Assembly: GCA_009914755.4 (NCBI GenBank)
Contig: CP068257.2
Location: 29,632,001-29,696,000 of the forward strand
Length of the DNA stretch: 64,000 nt
Direction of reading: 5' to 3'
From: the human T2T-CHM13v2.0 reference genome, Homo sapiens
This document shows positions 14,831 through 30,868 of this stretch, one piece after another (the first letter of the stretch is position 1; every line of letters starts with the position of its first letter). The notes below the pieces were generated by a model, which was given only the letters and a program-made list of their open reading frames with translations, was not told the origin of the DNA and searched no databases. The translations under genes and the position numbers were made by a program.

Positions 14831-15672
14831 AAAAAACTATACAGAGAGAAAGGGCATTATTTGAAAAACACGAAGGAAAGCAAAACGGAGTCGATTTGGT
14901 ATAACTTCTTTCTGACTTTCGTGGGGAAAAAATTTGCCTATGACCCTGGTTGCGGAACTGATCCATGACATGGACTAATGAAGAGCTCCACAATCAGCAG
15001 ATATGCTAAGGTCACAATGTGCCAACAAGTACGTATCCATTTCCCTTACAGCAGGTTAATTGTCTCATGGCCTTGTGAATGGATGCCACCATGGCAATTT
15101 GGGAACTATCAGTACTCTGGGTTTTCTCCAAGAGCTGCAAAGAACTCAGTTTCACTGGGAGACAGCTACGTACCAAGCTCAGTGTTGGGAGTCCAAGCTG
15201 GGAGTCGGGCTGCACGCATCCGGTCATATCTTGGCTTTGCAAGTCAAATCTTTACTTTCAGCGTGACTTGGGGCAAACTCTAAATGTCCTATCCCTCTAA
15301 CAGGTGGGGATGATAAGATTCCTAAATCATTGGGTTGTCATGAGCATTAAATGAGATCATCTATGTTACAGAATTTGCCTCGTGCCTATCCCATTATCGT
15401 TTCTCAATAAATGTTACCCTATCTCAGGATCGGTTCTCAATAAACATTAGCTATTATTTCCACTACTATTTAAAATGTTTAAACCATAAAGAATGTGCTA
15501 CAGAATGGGCCAGTATTATGCAGGCTTCCTTAGCAAAATGATACCTAATTCATTGAAACTGAATCATATGTTATAAATTGAATGACATCAGTCACCTTAA
15601 ATTTGCTGTGGAACAAGGAGAGTTAACTAATCCAGCTAGAAGATGCATGCGGTCTACTCAATCGGCTACAGC

Positions 15673-15733
15673 TCACACAGACACACAGACACACACAGAC
15701 ACACACGCGTGCGCGCACACACACACACACAGC
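15673..15733. repeat. (CA)n microsatellite, interrupted
   Basis: cacacagacacacagacacacacagacacacacgcgtgcgcgcacacacacacacacag. Confidence 0.85.
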
Positions 15734-15847
15734 CATACTGATGAAATCCAGCAGTACCAGTAGGCCTGCTTACATTATGTTAAGATGACTCCTAGGGAAG
15801 CGAATGCTGAAATTACCAAGTTTTTCAGTCTCACTCTGAGGCATCCT

Positions 15848-16218
15848 TGATATGGTTTGGCAGTGCCCCCACCCAAATCTCATCTTGAATTGTAACTCCC
15901 ACATTCCCACGTGTCATGGGAGGGACCCAGTGAAACGTAGTTGAATCATGGAGGTGGGTCTTTCTTGTGCTGTTCTCCCAATTGGTGAGTAAGTCTCATG
16001 AGAGCTGATGGTTTTAAAAAGAGGAGTTTCCCTGCACGAGCTCTCTCTTTGCCTACGGCCATCCAGGTAAGATGTGACTTTCTCCTCCCTGCCTTCCTCC
16101 TTGATTGTGAGGCATCCCCAGCCACGTGGAACTGTGAGTCCAATTAAACCTCTTTCTTTTGTAAATTGCCCAGTCTGGGGTATGTGTTTATCAGCAGGAT
16201 GAAAATGGACTAATACAA
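15848..16218 (+). mobile_element. THE1-type MaLR solo LTR
   Basis: tgatatggtttggcagtgcccccacccaaatctcatcttgaattgtaactcccacattcccacgtgtcatgggagggacccagtg...gattgtgaggcatccccagccacgtggaactgtgagtccaattaaacctctttcttttgtaaattgcccagtctggggtatgtgtttatcagcaggatgaaaatggactaataca. Near-complete THE1 consensus. Confidence 0.8.
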
Positions 16219-16509
16219 TCCTCAATTCATATGGCCAATTTCTGTGTCATGTGTCAAATAAGCAGTTTTCACAGGAAAATGTGTGTACTGGAAGTATTAC
16301 CAAAACTAATCTCAGGCTTCAAATACCCGCAAAAATTGATGGGGCTGAGAAGTCCCACTGCTCCACTCCTGTAATATTATTTAAGATGAAAATACGGTGT
16401 CAGAAATACTGTGTCCACAGCATTTAATCCTTGGCTTTTCCAAAAATGTCTGCCAAACCAGAACTTTCTTTTTCACCTTCAAAGTGTCAAAGACACTTGG
16501 GGGTGGGGG

Positions 16510-16791
16510 GGCAGGGGACAGACACAGTGGCTCATGCCTGTAACCATAGTGCTTTGGGAGGTTGAGGTGGGAGGATGGCTTGAGGACAGGAGTTCAAGAC
16601 CAGCCTGGGCAAAACAGTGAGACACCCACCTCTACAAAAAATAAAAAAAATTAGCTGGGTGTGGTGGCGTATGTGTACTCCCAGCTACTTGGGAGGCTGA
16701 GGTCAGAGGATCCCTTGAGCCCAGGAGTTTGAGGTTATAGCCTGGGCAACAAAGTGAGACCCTAACTCAAAAAAAAAAAAAAAAAAAAAAA
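16510..16791 (+). mobile_element. Alu (AluJ-like, diverged) with long poly-A
   Basis: cagacacagtggctcatgcctgtaaccatagtgctttgggaggttgaggtgggaggatggcttgagg...gcctgggcaacaaagtgagaccctaactcaaaaaaaaaaaaaaaaaaaaaa. Confidence 0.85.
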
Positions 16792-17324
16792 CAACGACAA
16801 AAAAACACACTCATAAGGGAAATTCTGTCATTTTTAAGTCCTTGCAAGTTCCAGGCATCAGTGTGTAGAGAAAAGGATACTGTATTGTATTTGCCCTCAA
16901 AATACCCAGGTTCAATTCAGGTGCTATTACTTCATAAATAAAGTGACTTTTGGATAGTAAATTACCCATTCTGAAAACCATCAGAAAAAATGAGGACGTA
17001 AATATTATTTGTCTTATCAATACTTACCTCTAATACCTTTTCTTATAGGAAAGAAATTAGATAATCAACATGTAACACTATAAACTATAAAATTTATGTA
17101 AGTATGGAAATTCTTACTGTGTTTACTACGATTTAGTGTCCCCAAATTTTCCATAACCAGTAGTTTAATGACAATCAGGAGGTTTTCCTTTACATTGAGC
17201 TTAAACAGTGGGGGCAGAAGTCTTGGATCAAAATCCTAAACATGTATTTCATATGCAATAAGCACCAACAGCCTTTAGCTTTTAACAGTCATACTTAGAC
17301 CCCAAATCAGTACTGACAGATAAA

Positions 17325-17597
17325 TAGGTGGATGGTAGATGGGTAGATGAATGGACAGATAAGTGGATGGATGGATGGATGGATGGATGGATAGATGGAC
17401 AGACGGTGATGGATAATAGATATATGGATGAATGGTAGATGGATGGATGGGTGGTGGATGGAGATAGAGATATGGATGAATGGTAGATGGGTGGATGGAT
17501 GGATAGAGTGATAGTGGATGGTGAATGGATAATTGATGGGTGGTAGGTGGATAGATGGATGGTAGATGGGCAGATGGATGGATGTAGATGGATGGAT
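17325..17597. repeat. compound (GGAT/TGGA)n tetranucleotide array with GATG/GGTG variants
   Basis: ggtggatggtagatgggtagatgaatggacagataagtggatggatggatggatggatggatagatggacagacgg... about 270 bp. Explains the [11 protein letters not shown] on the minus strand. Confidence 0.9.
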
Positions 17598-19110
17598 CTA
17601 GCACATTAGAAAATTTTAAGTGGCTCAGAAATTAAAGAAGTTTCATCACTTTTTAAACTGTTACTTAAGAAAAAACTTGGGAATGACTTCTAAGGATACA
17701 CAATTTAAAAAGTAATAGGAGGAATGAGGGTAACCATGAATATCCTGTTGAGCTACACATCTAGCTCCATTTAACAGTAAGCTTTATAACAGCCAAGTCA
17801 AATAGGAAAAACATGGCAGTTGTAAATTTCACAATGTCCAAATCGATGGCTCAAAGGAAGCACAAAAGTTCTTGGTTCTTGGTACTCGGATCAAACAGGC
17901 ATCTCCACTGGTGTTCCTCTGAGGCCACTGTGATATGATGAGCAATGCTCTAGACCTCATCCTTCCACGGAGGCTCAGTGACAAATTTCATAGGAATGTT
18001 TCTTGTCTTGAAAATTATTTTTTTAAAAACCGCAATTCAGCAGCAAGCAGCCGTCTTGAAGACGCAGGATACTGCTGCAGAGTGGACAGACAGTGTTCCT
18101 TCCAGGAAATTCTTCTTGAGCACTGCCTGCCCTCCACGGAGTGCAGAAGCATGACTGAGTGGGGGTGACCTTGAGATGGACTCTCTGGCTCACAGCTGAT
18201 TGTAGCTGGGACATGCTGACAGATGACCACACCCCATCTGGTGTAAAGCCACTGTTTTCACCAAGGGTGTGTCTGTCTGGCTTCTGTGAAAGCTGAGATA
18301 GCAATAAGGATTCATGCACAAAGCTTCCTACCTTCCCACTGACGGCCCTGGGGCAGGGCCAGGACTCCCAGTGAAAAACCAATCCCTCCGAACAGATGAA
18401 TGAGCCATGATAAGGGCCCCAAGTTCCTACTCCATAAAGCATGAATGAAATAGTTTTAGCCCCACCATATTTCAAAGGCAGGTATAAAAAGACACCCAAA
18501 TCAGAAAATTATTAAAAAGTCCCCAGAACTTTCCATATCCACAGACTGCCCTAGTTTTGGGCAATGTTACTTCCTAATGTATCCAAATATATCCTAAATA
18601 AACTAAGCAAGAGAACAGATTCATACAATCAATATGTTTAAGTCAACCACAAGTTGGGAACTATCTAAAATCATAACTTTAATTTTAGAGCGGTAAATCT
18701 TTGACAATACTTAATCAACAGGTTCAGCCAGGACAGACATTACCATATTTCTTAGAAGTAAAGTCGGTACATTTCAAAGTGAAGTTACTATGTATGTCAA
18801 CTTAGGGCGAGCTACCATTTATGGAAAGCTTACTATCTGGCTGGCACTGTGTTCATGGCATCAGGCCAAAGTGCTCTTTAGACTTCCCCTAAGTTCTTGG
18901 TGTTTATCACCTTGCAACTACACCTTTGACTGACAGCTGCCAACATACTGCAACACTGACACCACATCACTTCCTGCAAAGCTTCCTCCCAACAGGGTTT
19001 AGAAGCCACCAGACCCCCAAGGGCTGTGTTACATGGCCAGTGTCCAAATCTCCCAAATATTCATACAGCCTGACTCTAGGAATGGTTCAAATGAGGCCCC
19101 AGCTCGCTGA

Positions 19111-19591
<481 letters not shown>

Positions 19592-20181
19592 TAGTTTCCA
19601 TGGAATGCTAGAACACAGCTTTGGGCTCGCTCTTGGCTCCTAAATTCCAAGTTTCAGTCACATCAAAAAAGCACGCTTACATCGTAAGGCAGGGTAGAAC
19701 ATTTGATCCCCAAAGAAAATAGAAATGGAGCTGAATGTCATTAACTTCTAATGCTTAGATCTGTCCTTTGCTATTTCACCACACTGTGGCTTAACGTACA
19801 GGGTGTTCCCTGTGAGAGAACTAGGTAATCTAAGCTCGTGCAAGAAGACAGTGGGAGAGGACAGTATTCATTCTCAGTGTTTTCATACCTCCTATGAAAC
19901 ATAAGAGAGTAATAATCCTTAAACCGCACACCAAAATAATCGCCTCAAGAACATATCAACACCTTGGTTTAGAAGAGATGTCAAAATCAAATCACTTTAT
20001 CCAACAACTCATTTTCCAAAATTGAGCCACCCTTAGGTCTCTTCCCTTGGACAGAGCTGCCTCCCACTCCCATGTAAGTTGTAGAAGCTGCAACAGGCAC
20101 AGGAGGAAGCCACACTTCCTAGGACACACAGCAGGGGGGGTGGAGGGTAAACAGAGCTCCTCTTTCACTGTCAAAGACTGA

Positions 20182-20475
<294 letters not shown>

Positions 20476-21258
20476 GGAATTTGGTTCTAATTCTCTGTTT
20501 TCCAAGCCTGAAGTTCAGCCTTGAGCCAGCCTGGAGACAAGGGAGTCTCCATTCCAAGGGACATGGCCCAACATGGGAAGTCAGGGAAAAAGGCACCGCA
20601 AGGGACTCTCAGACTCAGCAGCTTCTGTCTACCTCCAAGACATTCTCCAGACCTGCCCCAGTGACCCAAAAGCACGAAAGTGCAACCTGCAATTTCCCTG
20701 ATGGCCTCTGACCCCTACAGCCTGGCTTCCCCTAACCTGTTCCCTTACCATGCAGCCAAGAGGAAAGTCTTTCAGCCAAAAATACAGTCAGGATATCAAG
20801 AGGTCCCCTTCCTTCATCAGGAAGCAGAACAGGATGTGGTCATCAGCTATGATTTCATTCCCCAAGCCACCCCCCCAAGCCAATTCCCAACCCATAGCTG
20901 CCTTCGCACACAGAGGGGTGTGGCCACTCTGGAATCAGGGAAGAGCTTGTGGGGGGGGCGGTGAGGCCATGAACTCAAGAGGCCAGGGTGGCAACTAAGC
21001 CTGTTGGCAACAAGGGCTGGGACTGCCTGCATCCAGACAACAGAGAAGATAATCCCAAGCACTGCTGGAAAGGTCACGGGGATGGGGTGTGAAAATCTGC
21101 CTTGTTGTCCCTGGATGCTTTGAGCCTAAAGGGCCCATCCAAAAAGAATCACTCCCCCCATGGACTTGCTGCTTTCACCTTGGGGCTGTCTCTGCTGCTG
21201 TTGCACTTGTGTTGACGGCATGAAATTCTTTTAACAGAACATGGTTAAAGAGAGATTT

Positions 21259-21584
<326 letters not shown>

Positions 21585-21960
21585 AGAGAGTTCAGTCTTC
21601 CAGATAACGAGAAAGCTTTTAAGGCTATGACATTGTAAGTGGAGAGGAAGAAAGAGAATCTAGAAATATTAAGTATGTAAGTGTGTGTATATCATTGATC
21701 AGCAACTTAATTTAATAACTAAAAGGTATTGGGCAAGTATGATAGTTGGGAAATAAGAGTTTCCATATGTAAAAAGTGAAATTGTAATAGGATCCTGTGT
21801 TGCACCATTGCTAGGGGGATATTATGAATATCATCAACCTTGATATGTGTTTAGGTAGCATAACCTAACAGAAGGATTTTAATCAAAGACTAAATAAACA
21901 TCGCAGTGCAGCAAAGAATATTGCATTTTAAAGTTAATGATTTAAAAAAATATTTAAAGG

Positions 21961-22110
21961 GTCCAGGCACAGTGAGTGGCTCATGCCTGTAATCCTAGCA
22001 TGTTGGGAGGCTGAGGCAGGAGGACGACTTGGGCCCAGGAGTTCGAGACCAGTCTGGGCAACATGGTAAGACCTCATGTCTATTTCTTTAAAATAAAAAT
22101 ATTTAAAGGA
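21961..22110 (+). mobile_element. FLAM-like free left Alu monomer with A-rich tail, flanked by TSD aaaaatatttaaagg
   Basis: gtccaggcacagtgagtggctcatgcctgtaatcctagcatgttgggaggctgaggcaggaggacgacttgggcccaggagttcgagaccagtctgggcaacatggtaagacctcatgtctatttctttaaaataaaaatatttaaagga. The TSD copy at 21944-21960 is repeated at 22096-22110. Confidence 0.75.
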
Positions 22111-22400
22111 CTGGGCTTGGTGGCTCATGCCTGCAATCTTAGCACTTTGGGAAGCCGAAACAGGAAGATCACTTGAGCTCAGAAGTTCAAGACCAGCCTG
22201 GGAAACACAGTAAGACATCATCTGTAAAAGCAATTAAAAAAAAAAATTAGTCAGGTGTGGTGGCATGCACCTGTAGTCCCAGCTACTGGGATGGCTTGCC
22301 CGGGAGGATCACTTAAGCCCAGGAGATCAAGGCTGCAATGAGCTGTGGCTGTGCCATGGTACTCCACCCTAGGCAACAGAGAGAGATCCTGTCTCAACAA
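22111..22400 (+). mobile_element. Alu (AluJ-like) inserted at the same target as the adjacent FLAM
   Basis: ctgggcttggtggctcatgcctgcaatcttagcactttgggaagccgaaacagg...ctaggcaacagagagagatcctgtctcaacaaa. Followed by (TG)7 and a third copy of tatttatttaaag at 22421-22436. Confidence 0.85.
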
Positions 22401-23949
22401 ATTGTGTGTGTGTGTGCATTTATTTATTTAAAGAAATTCTTCCCACAGATTTTCAAAATACAGATGATTCTTTTGAAAGAGAAGAACTGAGGTTGAAACT
22501 TGAGGACTTTGTCAGAGGTACCACAAGACAGAGTGACGTAACCATGGTCAAAAGGCCTTGAGTCCCAAGTCACTCCCTGGGCACTTGGTCCCAAATTCTC
22601 CTTTAGTCACTCCTCATTTTAAAATGGAAAAAAAAAATGACCTTAAGTTTTTATTTGCAAATCATTTCAAGTTGTTTCACAGTTATACAATTAAGACTAC
22701 AAGCTCTAACATGTAAAAACATAATTCTTTATTTCATTGATTTTAAGAAACACTATTTTTGACTCTTAACATCTTTGAAATTGAATATATCTTACAATCA
22801 CAATGGTGTATTGGGGTTTAGTGGTGCCATTTTCTCTGCTTCTTAGTGGTATGCAAAATAGTGGTGCATTTTACAAATGACAGCATCTTATGAAAAAGAG
22901 TATATAAAAATAGGCTTCTAAATAGCTACGCTTAGGGCTATCTAAAAACTGCTTATGAATTGTTTGGGTAAGACAGAGTATCTATGTAGAATTTTACTGA
23001 TGATCACACATTCAGTTCAACTCAACCAACATTTTACTGGGCACCTGTTATATGTTTGGAATGAGGAAATAGACCATTTCTTTATGATGCATATAATCTG
23101 GGAAGACAGTGGGCATCTACCCACTCAGACAGGGCTGTAACAGCTAGTCTGGCATTATTAATAGTGAAGGATGTGAAGAAATAGACTAATTCTGCTAGGA
23201 GAGGCTCTCGGTTGAACCTGGTCCTGACAGGTTAATAGGATTTGGCTTAGCTTAGGAGGATGAGAGGAAATGAACAGGGATAGGAGAGAGTTTACACAAA
23301 GAGAAGGACAGAAATTTCCAGTAAAAGAGAAGGGTATAAGCAAAGACTCTGAGGAATGAAAGTATCATTAGCCCAATGTTGCAGTGAGGCGAGTGCATGG
23401 GAAAAAGCTGGAGATGATGAAGCTAAAAAGATGGGCTGGGGCTATGGATGCTACACAAAGGAACTGAACATGATTGTATTTGATGGGATTACACGATGAG
23501 ATTTTATTATGGGAGTTACATGATCAAACATAGTTTTCCCACCTGGGTAGCTTGGAAGAGAAGGGAAAGACTTATTGCAAGCCATCAATAAGTTGGGATG
23601 GCCCAACGGGGACAGTGAGTGCCTTGGAGTAGTGAGAATGACAGGTAGGATCACCAGGACTCGGTGGCCACATACATCCTTTGAGGAAAGAAGGAGGAAG
23701 AACAAGGAGGCATAGACTTCTCTGAAGTTCCTGGCTTGGTAACTGAAATGGAAGGTGACAATAACACCTTCCACTCTGAGGTATAATCAAGCACCAGATT
23801 CAAATGTTATCCCTGAGGGGCCACAATTCACTCACAGTGATCTTACTGGAAATTTGGTGTCCATTCCACAAAGGACCTCAAAAACAAAGGACTGGAACCC
23901 ACTAGAACAGCAATACAGTTAAAAAACAAAAACAAACAAACAAAAAAAA

Positions 23950-24315
23950 CAACCTTCCTGCCTTAGTATGTTTGGGCTGCTATAACAAAATACCTTAGAC
24001 TGAGTAATTTATAAACAACAGAAATTTCTTGCTCACAGTTCTAGGGGCTGGGAAGTCCAAGTTCAGGTTGCCAGCAGATTCAGCATCTGATGAGGGCCTG
24101 TTCCTCACAGATGGCACCTTCCTGATACATCCTCTCCTGATAGAAAGGGCAAACAGGCTCCTTCAAGTCTCTTTCATAAGGGCACGAATCCCATTTATGA
24201 GGGCAGAGCACTCATGACCTAATCACGTCCTAAAGGCCCCACCGCATGATACTATCACATTCAGGTATTAGGTTCCAACATATGAATTTATACCAACATT
24301 CAGAGCATAGCAACT
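23950..24315 (-). mobile_element. MLT1-type (ERVL-MaLR) LTR fragment
   Basis: gtatgtttgggctgctataacaaaataccttagactgagtaatttataaacaacagaaatttcttgctcacagttctaggggctgggaagtccaagttcaggttgccagcagattcag...ggccccaccgcatgatactatcacattcaggtattaggttccaacatatgaattt is the reverse complement of the MLT1 3' region (gtttgtggtaatttgttacagcagc...). Confidence 0.55.
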
Positions 24316-26034
24316 CCCAAAAAACTTAGATCAGGGAGGATATTGGAATGGAGACACAAATAATGGCCAATTCCAATGCAGATTTATGGAACTTAAAACA
24401 CACACAAAAACAAAACCAAACCCTCTAATTATCCATGAGAGGCCAGAAGTTTCAAACATTATCTCAACCACACTTTGTATGGACTAAATCAATACCTGTA
24501 ATAATAAATGGATTTAACAGCTTCAATAATTTAATGCAAAAATAAAAATAGGATGCCTCAGCCTTGGCATCATAAAGTTAAAAAGTAAATCAGATTTGGG
24601 TTCAGTCTCCAAAATATTCTCAGGCTGCAGGAAACCCACCATGCTGTTGACTCACATCTTGAACTCACTCTTATTATTTAAATAAGATCACTGAATGCAG
24701 GCAATGATCAAAGCTGTACAAATCACAGTGCAATATATCTGCAATGCATAAATAAGCATGCCCAAGTGCCACTTAAACACATGTAGCATTTAAGAACAAT
24801 CATTTAACTTTTCTGTGAGTGTATAAAATAAGAAGTCAATAGCTTTGCAACACCATGCAGATCTCAGGCAATGCCCTGGTTTATGTGAGTGACCAGACCA
24901 GCAAAGGATGAGAGTGGAGCACATGGTGATGGGCACAGAGGGATGGCAAGAAAGACATGGGTTAACTATGGGACACAAGTGACTTGGCCCAACTCTCCTA
25001 AGCACCCATTCTTTTTAAAGTTAGGTGGATGGTCTGGAAGTTTTTGTGCTCCCTACGCCTGGAAAGAAGTCCATATTTCTTTAACTTTCTCAAGTCAAAA
25101 CCCACGGGCATCACAATGGTAACCACCATGAGATTTTTCTCTACTGGGTATTCTTTTTTCAGTATAGGTGATTCAATTAAGGCAAAAGTACCACTGAGCT
25201 GGACCCCAGAAAAGTGACCTAAGCTCATTTAAAAGCCGGTGCAAGATATTTTGGCTGTACAACAATTACTGTTCATCCTAGCCAAATGACAAATTGGGAG
25301 AGAATAAAAAGCATATGAAGTCATTGCGAATCAGATTTGTTATGTAGAAGAAAACAAAAATCAAACAGAGCCCATATTCCCCTCCCTAAAAATCATAAGA
25401 GGATAATCAGCCTCTTTTAATATAAAGGCAATTCCTGGGGAGTCATGGGAACGTTTCTCAAACAGTGATACATCAGTCCCCATGCAGAAAACCGATACAT
25501 AAAATCACAAAGCAAATCTGTTTCTAGTATGACAGCAACAGGCTTTAAAAGCCTGACATTCACTGCCAAGTAATATCTATGGGACCACACACAAGGGAAG
25601 TGAAACAGACACTAGGCTTGCCCTCTACGAATCAATGAGTATACTCCTGTCCAGGGCACTATGATGCAAATGGTTTTATTGGCATCACCATTCAAAAAAA
25701 TAGTTCTAAGCATGCCCACCCCGAAGAGTATGCCTACCACTGCTGATTTATTTAATGTATATATACTTGAAGTACTGTTCAAATACATTATGCACATTTC
25801 AATTTTCTGTATGTATTTATATAGCACATAATTTATTTGAACCAACAGAAATCTAAAGGCAAAAGATGAAACATAAATTTTGAAATTTCCTTTCATGCCC
25901 TGATGAATTCATCTTGCACATTCATCTGATATTGAAGGCCAGTGCTCAAGGAAATACAGGGCCGATCTGGGACCTACCAAAAAAAAATCAGGAAAGGCAA
26001 CTTGTGGAGAACTCAGGCTCAAAAAACAAACATT

Positions 26035-26494
<460 letters not shown>

Positions 26495-27187
26495 TTAGCC
26501 TTATTACGAAGTCATATCATGTGCGAGGGCCAAAATCTCCCAGAATCTTCAGGAAGGTAGCACATCACCATTAAGGAGACATGTGCTGATATCCTCTGGC
26601 TCCTCTGAAATCATCTGGTGATAGCACTAGCGCTCACTAGGGACCACTAAATTCAGCTGTGCTTTTGCAACAACGATAATAACAAATTATCCCTTCACCA
26701 GTAGTTAATAAAACCGCACCATATGTAGAAGAAGAAAATTATAAGACAGAAGGGCTCATCTCCACCCACCACAAGTCAAGACAATACTGTGTATTGTGAT
26801 TCACCAAGATGCAGTAAACAAAAAAACACCTTTCCAACCATAACTGCATTTCTCAGTGTGGGTGATTTCAGACACAGCCAGGGTAAGAAGCCAAGAAATT
26901 TCAGTTCTACAGTCTGGAAGAATAAAGGCTAACAACAACAGGCAATGAAAAATTATTTTTAAAAAAGTTATACAAAACTTTTCTCCTCATAGATAGAAAC
27001 AACAACAACAACAAAAAAGCTTAATCTTCCAGAAACCTGTCTCTGGCCAGCTTCCAATCCAGAAAGTCTGCTGATGATGGAAGGAGCTCTCCTTAGGAAC
27101 TCATATGGCTATGACCTCCCATCTGCATCTGATCCTGCTGATCTGCACCCCCTCCAAAATACACACCCTTCCCTCAAATTCCATGCC

Positions 27188-27518
<331 letters not shown>

Positions 27519-28020
27519 TAACCCTCAGATATTCCTCTTGCCCCAACTGTAGGTTCTGCCCACAGCCTTCTACATGGCTCCATCTAGTTCCTTCCAGACT
27601 CTCCTTCTTCAGCACAAATCCCTCTTTCTCACCTCCTGGGATTATCCTACTGATGATCCACCACTTAGGGTCAAAACCTTTCACCCTTATGAGGGCAGCG
27701 TGATTGGTAAATGTAACATAGGCTTAGGATCTGAGAGACCTGATCCTAACCTGCCATTCACTGCATCTGTGACCTTAAGCCAGCCACTTAATATCCCTAC
27801 GAATCACTTTCTCCATCTGCAAAACAGGATACCTGCCTGCAGGTTTGTGCTGGGAATTAAGTGAGGCAATGTATGTAAACACACTTTTTCTTGGTATTTA
27901 GTTGGAGCTTCATGAATATTCATTTCTTTCTTTCCTCTTGTGTCCTTCTTCCCCTTGTTCTTCCCCCAAGGTCCCTGAAGTATCTTCTACATCTTGTCTC
28001 TTCTATTCCTACCCTTCTAA

Positions 28021-28803
<783 letters not shown>

Positions 28804-30868
28804 AAGATTTACTTTAAAGAATTGGCTCATGCATTTGCGGGGGCTGCCAAGTTTGAAATCTGCAAGGTAGGGTTGGAGACCCAGGGAAAAAATGATGCTG
28901 CAGTTTGAGTCCAAGGGCATCTGGAGGCAGAACTTCTTCCTTCTCGGGGACCTCAGTCTTCTGTCTTAAGATCTTTGACTGATTGGATGAGGCCTACCAA
29001 TGTTATGAAGGGTCATTTGCTTTACTCAACCCCTACTGATGTAGATGTTAATTACATCCAAACATAACTGACAGCAACATCTAGACATCTAGACTGGTAT
29101 TTGACCAAACGACTAGGCACCACAACCTACCAAGTTGACAGATCAAATGAACCATCATTCCCCACACAACAGACTTTTTCTCCAGTGCCTAGTAATGCCA
29201 TCAATATTAGCCAAAGGAAGAAAGAGAATAAAATGTATTCCCACAGAATGTCTACAATGCAATATCCAACAGGTGCTCCTGACAGACTCTCTTCCATCCC
29301 ACAAGGCCACCTGTCCTGTGCTCTGAAGGGAGGTCAGCTCAGGTGTTCCAGGTAGCCACAGTCTCCGGGGCATGAAGAGGTCGCTGCGAAGAGCGGCAAG
29401 TCTTGCAGAATGTCTTCCTTTCCATATATTTCAAGACAATTGCAACCATCCAAGCTTTTGTCTCTTGGTAGCCAACATCATCAAGAGTGGTGACTACCTT
29501 TTATTTCAACATGGAAAACTGCATTAAAATATATTTACAGATTGGAAAACACACATATCCAGGAACAATGTGGTAGTTTATACCACAGCTTCTGATTCTT
29601 GAAACAGCCGCTACTTTTAACCACCCTCCCTCCCCTCCCAACAAACATAAATTATGGAGGTCCTGGGTACATAAGCTACCCTGTTGGTGTTATTTCTGCT
29701 CTAGTCTTGGATCTGAAATCATCACCCTCTCCCACCTCTAAGCCAAGACTTCAAGCACACAGCATGGTGAGGGTGGGGGGTGTCCCCAGCAAGTCCTCAA
29801 TTCCAATGCAGCTGGGCTTAAAGTTCAGCATGAAAGGCCAGCAGTGGGGAGGGAGGTTGGAATGATTGTTCAACAGCCTCCCACTCCCTGCTCATGACTA
29901 ATGCATCATACTGGCAGAGCATTTCCTCCCAGCTAGTAAGAACTGACAAGTCACATTTAAACCAAACCAATGCCAAGAAGGCTCAGGAGGCACTCAGCCC
30001 CTCCAAGCCCTAACTATACCCCTTTCTGAAAATACCCATCTAGAGAGAAAGCAAGCTGAGAGTGTTGGCTTAGGAGTCCTTTCTAACTCTGCTTCTCCAC
30101 CACAGAGCAGGGAGTTTGAATTTTCAAGGGTCAAAACAAAGAACATACATAGTGGGTAAGCAATTGGCATTCCATTTTGAGCACCAGGGTAACCTGTTAA
30201 CTTCGGGAAAATCAGTTAATTTCTCTGTGGTTTCAGGTTCTTCCTCAGTAAAATTTAGCACCTAGTAAGGGCTTTAAAAATGTTGGGCTTCACAGAAAAG
30301 AGAGCCGTTGGGTATGGTATGTAAAGAGAAAAAACATGATTGTGGGCATCATTAATGTAGAGATTTATTTTTCCAGTAGTGATTTTCCATTCAAAATAGC
30401 ATCCATGAGAAGAAGGAGGGAAATTAATCAAGTGTATTCACTAAATAGAGCTTGGTGATCAAAATAACATCAGCCTTCTGGTTCTGCGGCTGCCTCACTC
30501 GCACAAGCACGGGGAAGGGGGCCCCGCACACGGCCTGAACGCATGTTGGCACCAGGGTGGCAGCTCTTGAGCCACCTGTTTGGTTCTGTTTCTCTCACTC
30601 CGTCCCCACACTCACAGGAACAGCCTGCCATCTGCGCTGCGCCACCCAGCACAGCTCGGTTTTCCATAAAGGTAAATAAGATCCTGACGCTAGTTTTCAT
30701 CTAAAAATTTCCCTTCAATTTATGGCTTCCAGACCTCCATCTCAATTCAACTCAACCCCATTCACTGTCACCATATGCTTAGCACCCACCTTGTGGATGG
30801 CATGGTTCAAGATTCCACACAGCATGGTAGGACAAGGAAGGTTTAAGACTTCTTAAAGGGTCTTAAAG

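Noticed and set aside
17275-17604. 109-aa minus-strand ORF ([18 protein letters not shown]...)
   Set aside because: Pure translation of the (GGAT)n tetranucleotide array, with periodic low-complexity composition.
18023-18499. 158-aa minus-strand ORF in unique sequence
   Set aside because: No Kozak or splice-site support, CpG-depleted, no recognisable domain or composition bias. An ORF of this length is expected by chance in 64 kb of six-frame scanning.
24029-24217. 62-aa ORF inside the MLT1-type LTR
   Set aside because: Lies within an ancient LTR fragment, so it is repeat-derived.
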